A DNA stretch of 64,000 nucleotides, from contig CM052816.1 in assembly GCA_028534125.1 (NCBI GenBank), positions 63,800,001 through 63,864,000 of the forward strand, given 5' to 3'. Below the pieces are notes generated by a model. That model worked only from the letters and a program-made list of their open reading frames with translations. It was not told where the DNA came from and did no database searches. Both the position numbers and the translations under genes were made by a program. This stretch comes from Lama glama (lineage: Eukaryota). Shown here piece by piece: positions 1 through 12,293 of the stretch (the stretch's first letter is position 1; every line of letters begins with the position of its first letter).

Positions 1-767
1 GACAGTAGGTGACCAGAATTCTCCAGGAGCTGTTAAATGGGAGAACCCTAAGCAAGGTGGGAGAAGAAATGCCTTAAGAATGCCTAACGGCAGGACTCCA
101 TGCAGAGCAGAACAGCTGTGAGCTCCCAAGACATCTAAGGAGCAGACAGGTACAGCTATCTGACTTGACTGCTGCTTTTATAAATGAGTAGCTCAATAGA
201 ACAGGCAGTATAGTTAGTGAGCAGAGAGACATGGTGCCTAATATCATGCCCTTCAAGCTGTGGGACAGTTGAAATGTTATGTGCATTATCTGGCTAAAGA
301 ACCATTGAACACATGTTCCTTTCCAACTTCTCTCAAGTGTCCTCTTCAAATGAAATACACTGGTCTGCACTTTTGTTTAGTATTGCTACTAATGAGCACA
401 GTGGTCCACCCTGCCGGCTCTGGGTGAGGGTGTTGCCAAAGCAAGCTATCTGTAGCTTTAAGTAGGGGGATCAACTTTCTCCTGCAAGGAGGAGTAGCCA
501 GGTGACCTTCTCTCCTTGTCACTGGGTAAGATCTTTTTAAATCTCTTGAAGATTTGGACCAAAATATCTGTGCTGAGTAGCGAGAAACTATTGTGTGGGG
601 CTGACTAATACATAATCTTTTAGAAAGTAAAAGAATGCCCAAAGGTCCTTGTCAAGACTTTAGGATTTGGAGAGATCTGAGCTCTGCTGAGTTCCATGTG
701 ATCACCAAGAGATAGCTGAGCTTCAAGGGCCAGGGCCACCGCTACAGAATGATTTTGTATAAAATTA

Positions 768-990
768 GCTACCTACCATTTAGTGATTGCCTATCTGTGC
801 CAACTTGCTAGGCACACTTCACCTAATTCATCTTATTTAATCTTTACAAAACCCTGCAGAATGGGTATTAGTACTCTCATTTTATAGATACAGAAACTGA
901 CAATCAATAACTTGCTCAAGGCCACACGTTAACTAGAACTCAAACACAGTTTACTAAAATCAATAGTTCTACTAGAGCCTAAACTTTCCT
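768..990 (-). mobile_element. MIR SINE
   Basis: Reverse MIR core: 'ctcattttatagatacagaaactga...aacttgctcaaggccacac...agaactcaaacacag'. Confidence 0.8.
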
Positions 991-1219
991 ATAAAAGCTG
1001 CCCCCCACCAGGACAATTTCAAGGTAATTTCTCTGTGTATAAATCTATTGAGTTAAACAAACAAAATTCTGAAGCAAAAATAATACAGAATTAGTAAAAA
1101 AAAAACCCAAAAAACAAAAACAAACAAACAAACAAACAAAATAACCTAGCTGAATACATGGTCTTCTCACTGCCCAGCAAATTCCATGAGAGAAGGGCTG
1201 GGGCAAGCCATGCTGGAAG

Positions 1220-1565
1220 GTAGTAAGTGCTGTGAAGAAAAATAAAGCAGAACATGGATCTAGGCAATGTCAGAAATGGGGTGGGATGTTGGCAGTCTTA
1301 CATAGGTGGTCTAGGAAGGACTCAACAAGAGGAGGACATTAAAACACGACCCTGTGAAAAGAGGTGAGGGAGTTATCTGGCAAGAGTGCTCCAGGCAGGG
1401 GAACAGCAAGAGCAAAGGCCCTGAGGCAGGAGACTGCAAGGTGCATTGTAGGAATAACAAAGAAGACAGAGTGACTGGAATGCAGCCATCCAAGTGGAGA
1501 GTAGTAGGATGTGAGGTCAAGAGGTAATGGAGGATTACATTGTGTTGGGCTTTGTGGTTTTTGCA
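1220..1565 (-). mobile_element. L2 LINE 3' region fragment
   Basis: Purine-rich L2 antisense motifs 'ccaggcaggggaacagcaagagcaaaggccctgaggcagga...gactggaatgcag'. Confidence 0.75.
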
Positions 1566-1710
1566 AAGAACATACATCCTTCTCTTTTCTCTGGAAAACA
1601 CAGGGCAAGTCTTCTAGATATTGGAATTTGTTTGGTCCTCCTTCCCCTGGTGTATCAAGTGCACTGAGGAAACTAGTGACCTCAACCACACTTGACCAAG
1701 TAGGCTGATT

Positions 1711-1711
<1 letters not shown>

Positions 1712-1746
<35 letters not shown>
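1712..1746. repeat. (TTG)n microsatellite
   Basis: Direct read; it produces the poly-N run in ORF 1339..1788. Confidence 0.97.
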
Positions 1747-2200
1747 AGAGTCTGAGACTGGGTCTCCCAGAAACAGACCTTGATTCAAAGATTTGGGTAC
1801 AGGTAATTTACTGGAGAGGTGAAGGAGGAACCAATAGGAGAGTAAGGAAGGAAAGTCAGCTAGTTAAGAATGCATTACCAAACCAGTTACCACTCAGGGT
1901 GTAAGAAATTTAACCCTGGGAGCTAAGGTAGAACATTTTCCTCAGAATTATTCCATCCAAAAGGTGAGGAATTTGGGGGTATTTATACACCAATCTTGCT
2001 AGTCAGTGGTCAAGGCTTCTTCTGAAGGGCTTTAATTCCCCGGCATTTCCAGTCTGCTACATCAGTGGACAAAAGGGCTCAGTGCCATGGTGCCAGGGAA
2101 AATCCTCAGGCAGAGATGCTGGTCCTGGTAGTTCAAAGTCAGTTTCATGCCCTAAAATGGTAAGCACTGAACTATGGCAGGCACCAACAGAGTTTATAAC
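1745..2200 (-). mobile_element. ERVL-class solo LTR (LTR16/LTR33-like)
   Basis: 'cccagaaacagaccttgattcaaagatttgggtacaggtaatttactggagaggtga' resembles the LTR16/33 terminus; it ends near 'ggcaccaacag'. Confidence 0.65.
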
Positions 2201-2362
2201 CTCTCTTAAGACTTTTGAATCTTGTCTTTATGCCACTTACTAAGAGGGGAGAAAGAGAACCCCACTCCTACCCTCTATTCTCTGATACTGATAGTCAGAA
2301 AACTTCAGTTGAAATTCTCAGAGGCAATAAGTGAAAACTTGAGATCAACGTATAAATCCACC

Positions 2363-2364
<2 letters not shown>

Positions 2365-2406
<42 letters not shown>
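2365..2406. repeat. (TG)21 microsatellite
   Basis: Direct read. Confidence 0.98.
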
Positions 2407-2409
<3 letters not shown>

Positions 2410-3059
2410 AGCAGAAGATAACTACTCTATAAAATACACATTGGTTTCAAACACCAATCTTTTAAAAGGAAAGAGAGAGAACATTTATTGCTAATTGCTA
2501 TTGTCAGGGTAAAGATTATTTCTTGGTAAGCATTACAGGGAGCTTTTGCAAAGATGCTCATTAATATCATCCATAATTGAGGGAAACCTAGTCTGACAGA
2601 TGAGCAACCCCTATGACAGCATTCATACTGGCAGGGATACTGACTACATGAATTGGGGGAGGGAGCATTTCTTCCAGTGGTAACTCTAACCTGCTCACCT
2701 CAGTAGTTCCTTCCTAAAACCCAGCATTTCCACGAAGACACATGCAAATTACAGCAGATCATTAAGGCTCACAGGATTCTTGTGAGATGCAAATAAGATA
2801 CTGAATGTGAAAATGTCCTATACTATATAATGCTTCATGAATACAGGATGCTCCCTCTGTAATGAAATGCTCATTGTAGCACAGTAAGAAAAGAGATCAG
2901 TAAAATCTCCCTCCTCCAGCAAGCCTGACATGCCAAACGCTATGCCCCAGGTTGAGTTGTACAGCCCTTGGGAGAGCCGAGTAGGCCTTGCATAGGGGGT
3001 TCCTGAGTATCCCAGTCGGTTGCTGGCATTCTGGGAGCTTGGGATGGTTCTGTACACCC

Positions 3060-3333
3060 AATGCACTGAGAATGGTCTTCATGCTTTTTAATGGTTAAAA
3101 AAAGTCAAAAGAGGACTAATAATTTAGGACATCTGAAAACTATGATAATCAAATTTCAGTGCTAATAAATATATTTTTACTGGAACCCAGTCATGCTCAT
3201 TTGCTTCCATGTTGTCTGTGGTTGCTTTTGCTCTACAACAGCAGAGCTGAGAAGTTGTGACAGAGACCACATGGCCCAGAACACCTAAAATATTTACTGT
3301 CTGTCTCTTTACAGGAAAGTTTGCTGATCCTTG
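3060..3333. mobile_element. MER58 (hAT-Charlie) MITE, MER58B-like
   Basis: 'gcagagctgagaagttgtgacagagaccacatggccc...ctaaaatatttactgtctgtctctttacaggaaagtttgctgatccttg' is the characteristic MER58 end. Confidence 0.85.
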
Positions 3334-3859
3334 TGATAAAGAATGATTTTGTGGAAAGTCTACTCCCCCAACTAAATATCTAGTACTAAGACGAGGTACC
3401 TATTCAAAGCCGACAACCACTGGTGGGTCGGTCCACTCCCCAGGATTCCTGGCATGCAACTGAACACAGACCAGATCTTGGTCCTGAAACAGATCCACAC
3501 TTGCGGCTAATTTGGTAGTTTTACACTTGTCACCTTCATTCCTGTGGTTCTTACACTGAGAGGTTCTCCTGAAGTAAACAGAGCAGAGGGAGAGAAGGAC
3601 CTGAGTAGACAAATGCTTGCTGAGGGCAGTTTGTGGAGCTTAACACAGTCATATCTTCCAATATTCCTGCTTCTTCTGAAGCTGCCGCATTGAATATGTG
3701 AGATTACTGGAATTAAGCTTTTCACCAATCACTCAATAATGGCACTTTTATCAATGAAATCAAAAGCCTGGTGAAAACATTGCTAGAATATTCCAGGATG
3801 TTGTAGAGCTGTGGAGGAGGCCCTCTTAGTCACAGTGAGTTACGTGGGTACCAGAGTCC

Positions 3860-4045
3860 CTAAATTTAATTCCAGCTCAGCCACTTGCTAGCTATACGAT
3901 CTCCCTTTTCTCCACTTCCCCATTTATAAAGTGAAAACAGTAAGAGCATCTCCCTGGGGCTCTCTGGTGGTTAGTGACATTTATACCCAAAGCAGCCTGG
4001 TAAGGTATCTGGCCTGTAGAAAGAGCTCAAAGAATATTAACTATT
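3860..4045 (+). mobile_element. MIR SINE
   Basis: 'aattccagctcagccacttgctagctat...catttataaagtg...agagctcaaagaatattaactatt'. Confidence 0.7.
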
Positions 4046-4439
4046 GTTTCCAAACTGGAATTTGGAAACTTTCAGATGACATATTCGTGCAAATGAATTC
4101 ATGAAGAAGCACTTCACCAGCACCTCCTGACTCACCTAAATGACATTACATGTCCTAAAAAGGGAAGCATCCTTTCCCTGTGCTCCTCAAACTGCTGCAC
4201 ACTTATCTCACTACTTAATACAAAGTTCATGGAATCGATCTGATCGGAACTGAATTATAGCTTTTGGACCAGAGTGAATTTTAGTCATATTTTATATTCA
4301 GGTTCTAACACACACATTTAAGTGTATCAAATGTTGAATTGAAACTGACATGATAATACATTGCTACAAGTCACAGAAATGAAAGCGTCTACCATTTTTG
4401 CTAGCTGTAATACTCAGGTGAAAAACTATTGCCAAGAGG

Positions 4440-4560
4440 GTCAACATTTAATTTGTACAAATATTTATTGAGCATCTATTACATACCAAACCCTGCAGTA
4501 GTGCCTGAATACAAAGATGAATAAAGTACAGTCCTTGAACTCAGGGAACTCAGTTTAATG
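4440..4560 (-). mobile_element. L2 3' end
   Basis: 'acaaatatttattgagcatctatt...aagatgaataaa...cagtccttgaactcagggaactcag'. Confidence 0.7.
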
Positions 4561-6866
4561 AGCAATCAGCAGAACACAGGAAATACCTGTAGATCAACTC
4601 ATACCCCATTCCCACTCTGGGCTGGCCAGAATGCAGAAGCTGCAGATACAAGGGTCTAAGGTGTTGGGTAAGTTAGAAGGGCCACCTTGGAAAAGCAGGC
4701 TTTTTATAACCCATTAGAATGGAGTTTGGACATTGTTATATGTCACCTAATGTCAAGAAACTTGATCACTCAGTAATTCCTACGTTCCAGGTGCTATGGC
4801 TCTCTTGGCAGTCCAGAAGGGAATCTTGGGGCTGGACAGCATTTGCAGGGATTCTCAGGATGAGCCATGGGCGTTGGGTGGGAGTGGCTTGGGGCATCCT
4901 GTCCTGGTAACCGGTAAGTGTAGTTTTCACAGTACTTCTTTTGAGCTCACCCCTGCTGTCTCACTGGTGTCACGGTGGTATTGCTGGGCTGTGTGGTCCT
5001 CAAGCAGTGTGGCTCCACTATGGAGATCTCCGTAAGGCAGCACATGGACCCAGCAGTCCACGTGACCTGGAGTCCAGCTCAAGGTAGCATAACGTTTGAA
5101 TAGCTGGCCTGCAGGAAGTTAATTGTTTTATTCTCAACATATTCTAACAATTGCGCCAATTTGCTTGATAACTAGAAATCTAAGTTTTTTAAAAAAAAAG
5201 GGAGAGCAAAAAGAAGGCAAGCTTGTGCATTTGGTTAGACACAAGAGTTTATCCTCAAACCACTTATAAATCTAGTATTATAAGCCATGCGTAGATGTCT
5301 CTGGGACAAAGACGGTGGTATGCAGAGGAGACCAAGCCAAAGCATCCTGCATAGGGAATTATCATTTGTGAGTGAGTACGAGTGTGTGTATGTGTATTTA
5401 TGTGTTTAACACTGATATTGATCAGAACGGTGGGAAAAAGCCAGTCTCTTGAAGCGATGTTCATCATTTATAGCAGAGCAAGCATACATATTCCAAAGAT
5501 GAAGATAAAGGCACAGGGGGGCCTGTAGAATTTCTAAGGATTTGGCTTCTGTTTTGAGGTGTGCAGATCATATACTTGGAACTCCAGGTGGTCCAGCTCT
5601 AAGGTGAAGCCCAAGCCATGGGCATCATCATGAGATTCATCCATGTACCATCAACTGTCAGGTGTTTGAAGTAATGTGCATAAGAGACTGAGAGCAGGAG
5701 AGGCGGAAGGAGTTCTGGATAACCCCCAATAGCAGCTACAGAAATCCAGGCAAAACTTTGCCTATAATGGTTTTAATGAACAACAATTTACTTAAAATGA
5801 CATCTAATATTTAGGGACACATTTCGTGTTCTACAGATGCTATCTAAGTATAAACATAATGCAAGAATAATACTTAGGGGGACGCAAAGCATCACAAATC
5901 GCCTAATGAAAAGTGGCGACATAGTCTCTTATTATTGTCTGCTTCTTGGCAGAGTTCTTCTTTTGTTGAACATTAGAATAAAGTGACATCAGTTTGTCAC
6001 TTTGCAAATGGTCCTCTGCCTCCTAAGCTGTCCAGCAGATGGTCTAGGTGATAAAGTGCAGCACCAGCTTGATCTTGTTTTCGCTAGCAGCTTCTACCCC
6101 ACACGACTGCCATCATTCAGCATCTTTCCGTCGGGCAACCTTACCATGTGTCATCACTCACTGTCTCTTACCCCAGATCCCATGCATCACAGTCAAGCCA
6201 CACAGCTCTGAAGGTAAATTACCCACCTTCTTAATGTCAGCTGCTTCAGTGGCTTTTGCTCCCCATTTGCTCTCTGCAAATTTGGTTCTAGCACTAAACT
6301 GAAAGCTTGAGGTCCTGGGTTTTTACAACAAAATTCAAGATTTTCCTCTGCATAGCACACTTCTCCTTCTCTCTAATCTCAGATTAAAAGCACATAAAAT
6401 GTGAAGAGCAGGCAGAGTTAAGAACACCCTGGTTGACCCAAAAAATCAAGAAGAAAGGGACTGTGCACTGATGTGAGTTTACAATTGGCTAGAATACCCA
6501 AGATTCTGCTGGTTGGACCTTGTACTGCTTCCCTCCCTGTGCATGGATAGAAAACAGGATTTCCAACAGATGATTGTTTACAATTGCCTAGGGTTAGCAG
6601 TGGCCCTGCATCTTTGGTATATAGTTTCAAACAGTTGACCTCTTTTAAAATGTAGTTTTTTTGGTTGATTTATATTATTTTGGGTTGATTTATATTATTA
6701 CATTTTTTTCCCTAATCTACAAGTTTTTTTTTTCCCTATGGTGAGTAAACAAGCTAGTGCATCCTGAATAAGAACCAAGAGTTGACTGTACTCTAGAGGC
6801 CAAGAAAGGTAGTGCTCACCTGAGGAAGGAGAAGGGATGAATCCTGAAAGAGGAAGCCGCCCAGAT

Positions 6867-7352
6867 TGTCACTGAGTTCAGCTTGTACTGCTAGCTGCAC
6901 AACAGCCCAGTAAATTGAGGGGTGAGTTGTTGGGGGAAGGAATGGCGACTTTATTGGGAAAACCATCAGTCAGAGAAGACAGTGGACTAGTGTTCCAAGG
7001 AACCAACTTGCCTGAGTTAGAATTCATGCTTCTTGTATACTAAAAGGGAAGGGAGTAAAGTCAGATATTTCCTGGTTGCCATCAGCCTCTGGAGGGGAGG
7101 TGTTAATTCCTTCCCTTCTGCAGTCATTCATAGGTGAGGCTGGTCAGGATGTTTCCGGTGAGTGAAACAAATGTTTTAGATTTATGCTTATTACCTGGGA
7201 TATAGAGTTCCCAGAGATGGGCCATTATGTACAATTTAAGCTCATAGGCAACATCCCTTTAGTAATTAACTTGTAGCAAAAGGAATAGAAACAAAGGTCA
7301 AAGTAAAAGAAACAGGCCCAATATGGAATGAGATTTGTTCTTCCCTTTTACA
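6867..7352 (-). mobile_element. ERV1-like solo LTR
   Basis: TG...CA termini (tgtcactgag...cttttaca); 'gactttattggg' gives AATAAA on the minus strand; body resembles laurasiatherian ERV1 LTRs; TSD is degenerate (agat/gaat). Confidence 0.7.
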
Positions 7353-7382
7353 GAATCTGTGGAAGTTCTCACTGTCTCATAG

Positions 7383-7454
7383 AGGGAAGTGGCACCTGTC
7401 CATTTAGGGAAGTGGCACCTGTCCGTTTAGGGAAGTGGCACCTGTCCATTTAGG
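7383..7454. repeat. Tandem repeat, 3 x 23 bp (agggaagtggcacctgtccattt)
   Basis: Units at 7383, 7406 and 7429; one A>G substitution in unit 2. Confidence 0.97.
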
Positions 7455-7739
7455 TGCAGAATCATAATATCTGATGTGTGCCTTTCAGTGTCTCTGAGTA
7501 CGTTCTGAATAAGGACATATAGTTGATTGGTATTAATACATATTTAAACTGTACTGATACATAGAAGTAAGATGTGATTCTGTTACAGTTTATTTCAGAA
7601 TTATTACAAGGTCAAGAGCAGAGTGCTAAGATAAATGTAACCAACATAGTATGTCCATTAACAGCACCTGTAACCAGGACCTCGTGATTTAGCACCTTGC
7701 GTCTCATTTTGAGAGACACGTTGGGAGTGATGATGGTGG

Positions 7740-8127
7740 TGTGTTCGTTTGGTTGACATGACAAAATACTACAGACTGAGTGGTTTACGTGCACAACAGA
7801 ACTAATTTTCTCATGGTTTTGGAGGCTAGAAGGCTAAGATCAGGGTGTGGTTTCTTCTGAGGCCTCTCTCCTTGACTTGCAGATGGCCGCCTTTCCACTG
7901 TGCCCTCACTTGGTCTTTCCTCTGTGCACACACACCCCTGGTGTCTCTCTATGACCAAATTCTCTCTTCTCATAAAGACATCAGTCAGACTGGATTAGAG
8001 CCCTAATAGTTTCATTTTACCTTTACCTCTTCAAAGGCCCTAGCCCCAAATACAATCACATTCTGAGGCACTGGGGGTTGAGGCATCAACATATGAATTT
8101 GGGGGGAATATAATTCAGCCCATAACA
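7740..8127 (-). mobile_element. MaLR solo LTR (MLT1B-like)
   Basis: 'ttctgaggcctctctccttgacttgcagatggccgcc...ccaaatacaatcacattctgaggcactgggggttgagg...attcagcccataaca'. Confidence 0.88.
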
Positions 8128-9059
8128 AGGAGGGTATGGGGAAGGCTGTAGGACAGATCTTTGCAAAATTTAAAGTCTGTATAAGGTTTGGTAATTTCAA
8201 TGTTCCATGTAAAGTGTAATTTCTAGAATTCTAGGGGCTATATTTTAATGATTTCTGGATCATGTCAAAAAACTTTAGAATTTTTTTGCCAGAGATGAGA
8301 GTTAACAAAAAATATAAAAAGGAAATTATATTTTCACTTTATGTGCATTAAAGGCACAATGTTTTATTCCACACATCAGTTGTATAAGAAACATGTCTTT
8401 AGGCCTTTAGTTTTCTAATTCTGAATCTGAGTCCTTACCCTACTCTTTCGGCATAAAATTCCACCCTGGTTGGAGCTCCCTCCTGGCCACTTAGTGGCCA
8501 TTCAGGATCCCATAGGCCTCAGGCAGAGCGGAACATCAGGAAGAATTTCTGATCCTGGGTCTACACAGGCCACATAAGTGCTCCATGAACATTTGTGGTC
8601 TGGCTAATAGATCCCTTACCCAAGCCTCATGGTCTCTTAGAGTCAAGTGTCTTAGCTGCTTCTGTGTGAAGCTTGAGCGAAGAATCTTTGTCCAATTTGG
8701 AGTCTGTTTGTCTAGGGGAAGCCTTATCCGGGGTCCTCCCAGCTTCATGGAGCCCTGTGCAGGAGCTGTGTGTGGATCTCTGGCGCTGAGAGCACCTGCA
8801 GGTAGACATTGTCGTCTACCTTTTGGTCTCAAGGAATCTCTTCACCCGCTGATCTTGAAGATTTGTGCCCATTATAATTGCATTCACCTTCAAGTAACAG
8901 AAAACTTAAATACAAGCAACAGCTTTATTTGCCTAATGCAACAAGAAGTATAGGGGATGGATCAATGGTATCATCAAACACCCAGCTTCTGTTTATCTTC
9001 CTGTTCTATAACCCTTAGCTGTTATTTTTTATCCTCAGATTCTCAAAACAGATATTGCA

Positions 9060-11475
9060 TGCAACATTGGGGGAAAAATTAAAGACCAATAGCTGCATAT
9101 CAGGTACTAGGGGCTAAGTTGATTTGTTCCTGTGAACATACTATCCTAGACAGAAGCTGCAAGTGGAGTCATCACCTGGTTAAGTTTCCAAAGTCCACAG
9201 TTATTCAAGTTTTATCTGACTTCTGCTCAGGCCAAATTGTGGGGATGAGATAGGCATCACCACTTCTGCTTCCTTTAAGTCTTTGATGGTGGTACTACTC
9301 TCTGCACATTCCCCAGGGATGCAGTATTGCTCCTGATTTACTATATGATAATAAAGGGACATTTCAAAGGCTTCCTCTTGGCCCTTCCTACTGTTACAAC
9401 CCTGACTTCATGAGTCAGAGAACTAATGTAGAGTTTCTCCTAGGTGACAAGTATGGCTATTCTAATTATATGTTCAGGAACTGGGAAAAGAACCATAATG
9501 TGGGTCTGGGGACTTGTTTGCTCACTGTAAGACAGAGTTGAGCTAAGGCTTCTGTCACTGATCACTATAAACTCCCACTTTGACTAGTGGGTCACAGTCG
9601 AATTTGGGGTTCCCTAGGAATTGGTATCAAATCAGAGTTGCTGTCTAGTCGTCCCCAAAAGGTCTGGGCATGTCTTTCTCCCAGTGCACAATCACTCTAG
9701 TAAATGCAGTAGGTCTCTTTGGGGACTGCTTGTAAGAAGATTTTTGGTATGTCTGGTGGCAATGATACAGGGTCCTTCTTCAAGGGGCTGTAGGTCTGTG
9801 AACTGAGTTAGTGCTACAAACTGGAAGAGAGGTCATGACTCACCACTGTGGCATCACAATCAGGTTTTTGGGTACCAGCCTTAGACTTTTTCCTGTTATG
9901 TTGATCAAGCAGTAACCTAGTAGACTGCCCATCTGTTTCATTCTTGGCAACGTCACTGCAATCAGTCAACTCCAAAGACCACTCTGGGCCAGAACGTTCT
10001 GCTTACTAACACATCCCTGCAGCCCTTTATGGTAGATGCACCCACTTTCTCTTTGGCTATTGCTATTTATGCCATCAAATCAGGGAGCTCATCTCAACGA
10101 TGGCATCCCTTACAGTCATACCTGGCCAACAGGAAAAACAATCACAGAGCTTTTCAGTGATGCACCCCCTCCCCACTCCCCCACTTACTAATGTGTTTCT
10201 TATTGTTTTTGAAGGAAGAGTTTTCTTGGCTTCACTGTGGAATATAGTTAGGGGTGGGTACGCATGATAAATCCAATCCAACATTTCTATCTCCCTAGTT
10301 CTATGAATTCACTCCTCAACGTCATGGTAGAGCAACTCTGGAATCTCAATATTAGCAACTTTGGGGCTCTGTTTAATCTATGTTTCAATTAACCAAGCAT
10401 GTATGTTGTTAGAACTATCTCCAGCTACACGTGCTAACGTAACAGATCTGGAATCTCTGGTAAGTTCACCTGTACCAATACATTCAGCCAAATCTAATGC
10501 TATGGTCTACCCTCTTTGGTCTAACACCCCTATGGTTCTCTCCCACACATATTCTCCATACACGCTTCTGTAGATTTGCTAATTCTTGCAATTCCTTTGG
10601 TGTGTAAACTGTTCCTGGGTCATAGTGTATATCTCCTTGGAGCATGCTGAGATTTACCCTAATTATGGGTTTAATGGCAACATAGTGATTATTGCGGGTC
10701 CTGTGGAGAATGCGCATACTTATTTTAAGACATCTGCCTCAGATGACTTTATCACATGTTTTTAAGCAACCGAAGATTAGTCTTCTCAAACACCAGAGGG
10801 AAATCTACTTTCACTAATAAAGGAGGCTCAAGGGACTTGGGGCTTCAGGATTGTCAGGTTCATCTTTGTCCAGCCATATGTCCAATTTTCAAGATTTTCC
10901 AGATTTTCCAAATTTCAAGATCCCATTCATTTCCACTAGATGCCGTGACTTTTATGTGAGATACCTGGTAAGACTGTGAATTCAGCTATTACTATATCTT
11001 AGTAACCTGAACAATTAAATTTAGTGTTTGACTTTTAGCAATATCAGCCCTGTGGCTACAAGGGCTGTTTTAGAGGCTTCTGATACTTTCACTGTGACTT
11101 GAGTTGGGAGTTAAAGGACCTGAGCTTGTTTCTTTTTGCAAATACCCAAGAACACTTTAAAAAAAAATTCATTCCAAAAATAAATAAATAAATAAATAAA
11201 TTAATTAATTAATTAAAAAAATTCATTCCACTCCATAGTTCTTGTAGTCATCACTACTGCCTTAATGGTCATGTCAGCAGGCACTTGGGCTCCTAAGGCA
11301 CACGATCACAATCAACCACACGTGCTAACTTGACTAATTACAATGCCACTGCATGTCACCCTGTCAGCCCTTGGCAAGGTGTTCAGTACTGCACTCACAC
11401 CCAACGATGTGACCAAACAAATCCCCAGATCTCATCTTTTCAAGTCTGTCTCATGGGACTACTCCTGGAACCAAT
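9060..11475 (-). mobile_element. Decayed ERV-L internal region (gag-pro-5' part of RT), truncated in RT
   Basis: Minus-strand translations: gag 'YTPKELQELANL' (10484..10717 ORF); protease 'TRVIVHWEK..QTFWGRLDSNSDLIP' (ERV-L FRGLLDTGSELTL); RT 'IVNQEQYCIPGECAESSTTIKDLKEAEVV' and 'EQINLAPST*YAAI'. Many stops and frameshifts. Confidence 0.92.
11455..11473 (-). promoter_or_regulatory. Primer binding site, tRNA-Leu type (degenerate)
   Basis: Minus strand reads TGGTTCCAGGAGTAGTCCC, 2 nt after the LTR-terminal CA; resembles TGGTGTCAGGAGTGGGAT. Confidence 0.75.
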
Positions 11476-12270
11476 TGCATATCAGTCAGGGTCCAGTCAG
11501 AAGACAGAAGCTAGACTGTAGCATAAATAGTGAAAGTTCAATAAAAAGAGTTATTAATGGGGCTAGGGTTATGTGGAATTGGTTAATAAAAGGTTTAAAA
11601 ATGCTAAAGAATATAATAGCATATAGGAGGAGCATCCACTGTCCCTAAAGGCAAGACAGCACTTCCTCACAAATTTGGTATCCAGACTTTGCTTGTGAGG
11701 GTTCAGGGGAGGTTTGTTTTGAGAAGAATTTGGGGGGGAAAAATGGCAGGGAAGTTTACTGAGGTGCCACGACTTAGAAGTCCCTGAAAAGCCACTCTAA
11801 AGGGCTCTAGGGCAAGCCCTCCAAAGGGAGACGTCTAGATCACGTCACTCACTGGGAGGGAAATCATTCTCTGAAGTGAACGGGGAAGCTATTAATGGAA
11901 GGTGTCAGCACTCCCCTGATAGCAATCCACTTTGAAGCCACCCAAGGGGGGTTGTTTGCTGCCCATGGGAAGGTAGTATATGCTATTGGCCACCATGTGC
12001 TGCTGAAGCTGTGTGCTGCAGGGTCAGGTGCTGCAGAAGCTGGATGCTATAAAGAAATACATGAGCCTAAAGAAAGGACAACAGAACCAGGAAGGGAAAC
12101 TCCTGTCTGAACCAGTGCTCCTCTAGGGTTTCCTGCTGAGGGAGGTTAAATTGTGCCACGTACCAAGGGCAAAATATTTATAGAGTCCAACTCCATTATT
12201 GCAATCTGGCAATGAGTGTGAATTTGGAGCTCAGAGGGAAGATGCTCACAATCCATTGATAACATAGGCA
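11476..12270 (-). mobile_element. 5' LTR of the ERV-L provirus
   Basis: Starts at 'tgcatatcagtcagggtccagtcagaagacagaa' adjoining the PBS; far end 'aatttggagctcagaggg...ttgataac' is typical of old ERVL LTRs; subfamily uncertain. Confidence 0.8.
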
Positions 12271-12293
12271 TACAAGACTAGCAGGCGATGATA

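Noticed and set aside
1339..1788. 149-aa ORF with a poly-Asn run
   Set aside because: The poly-N comes from the (TTG)n microsatellite; the rest is L2 and LTR sequence
7383..7454. CRISPR-like direct repeats
   Set aside because: The units are contiguous with no spacers, there are no cas genes, and the DNA is mammalian
10484..10717. Possible domesticated (Fv1-like) gag ORF
   Set aside because: Only 77 aa; it drifts out of the gag frame and is surrounded by stops and frameshifts
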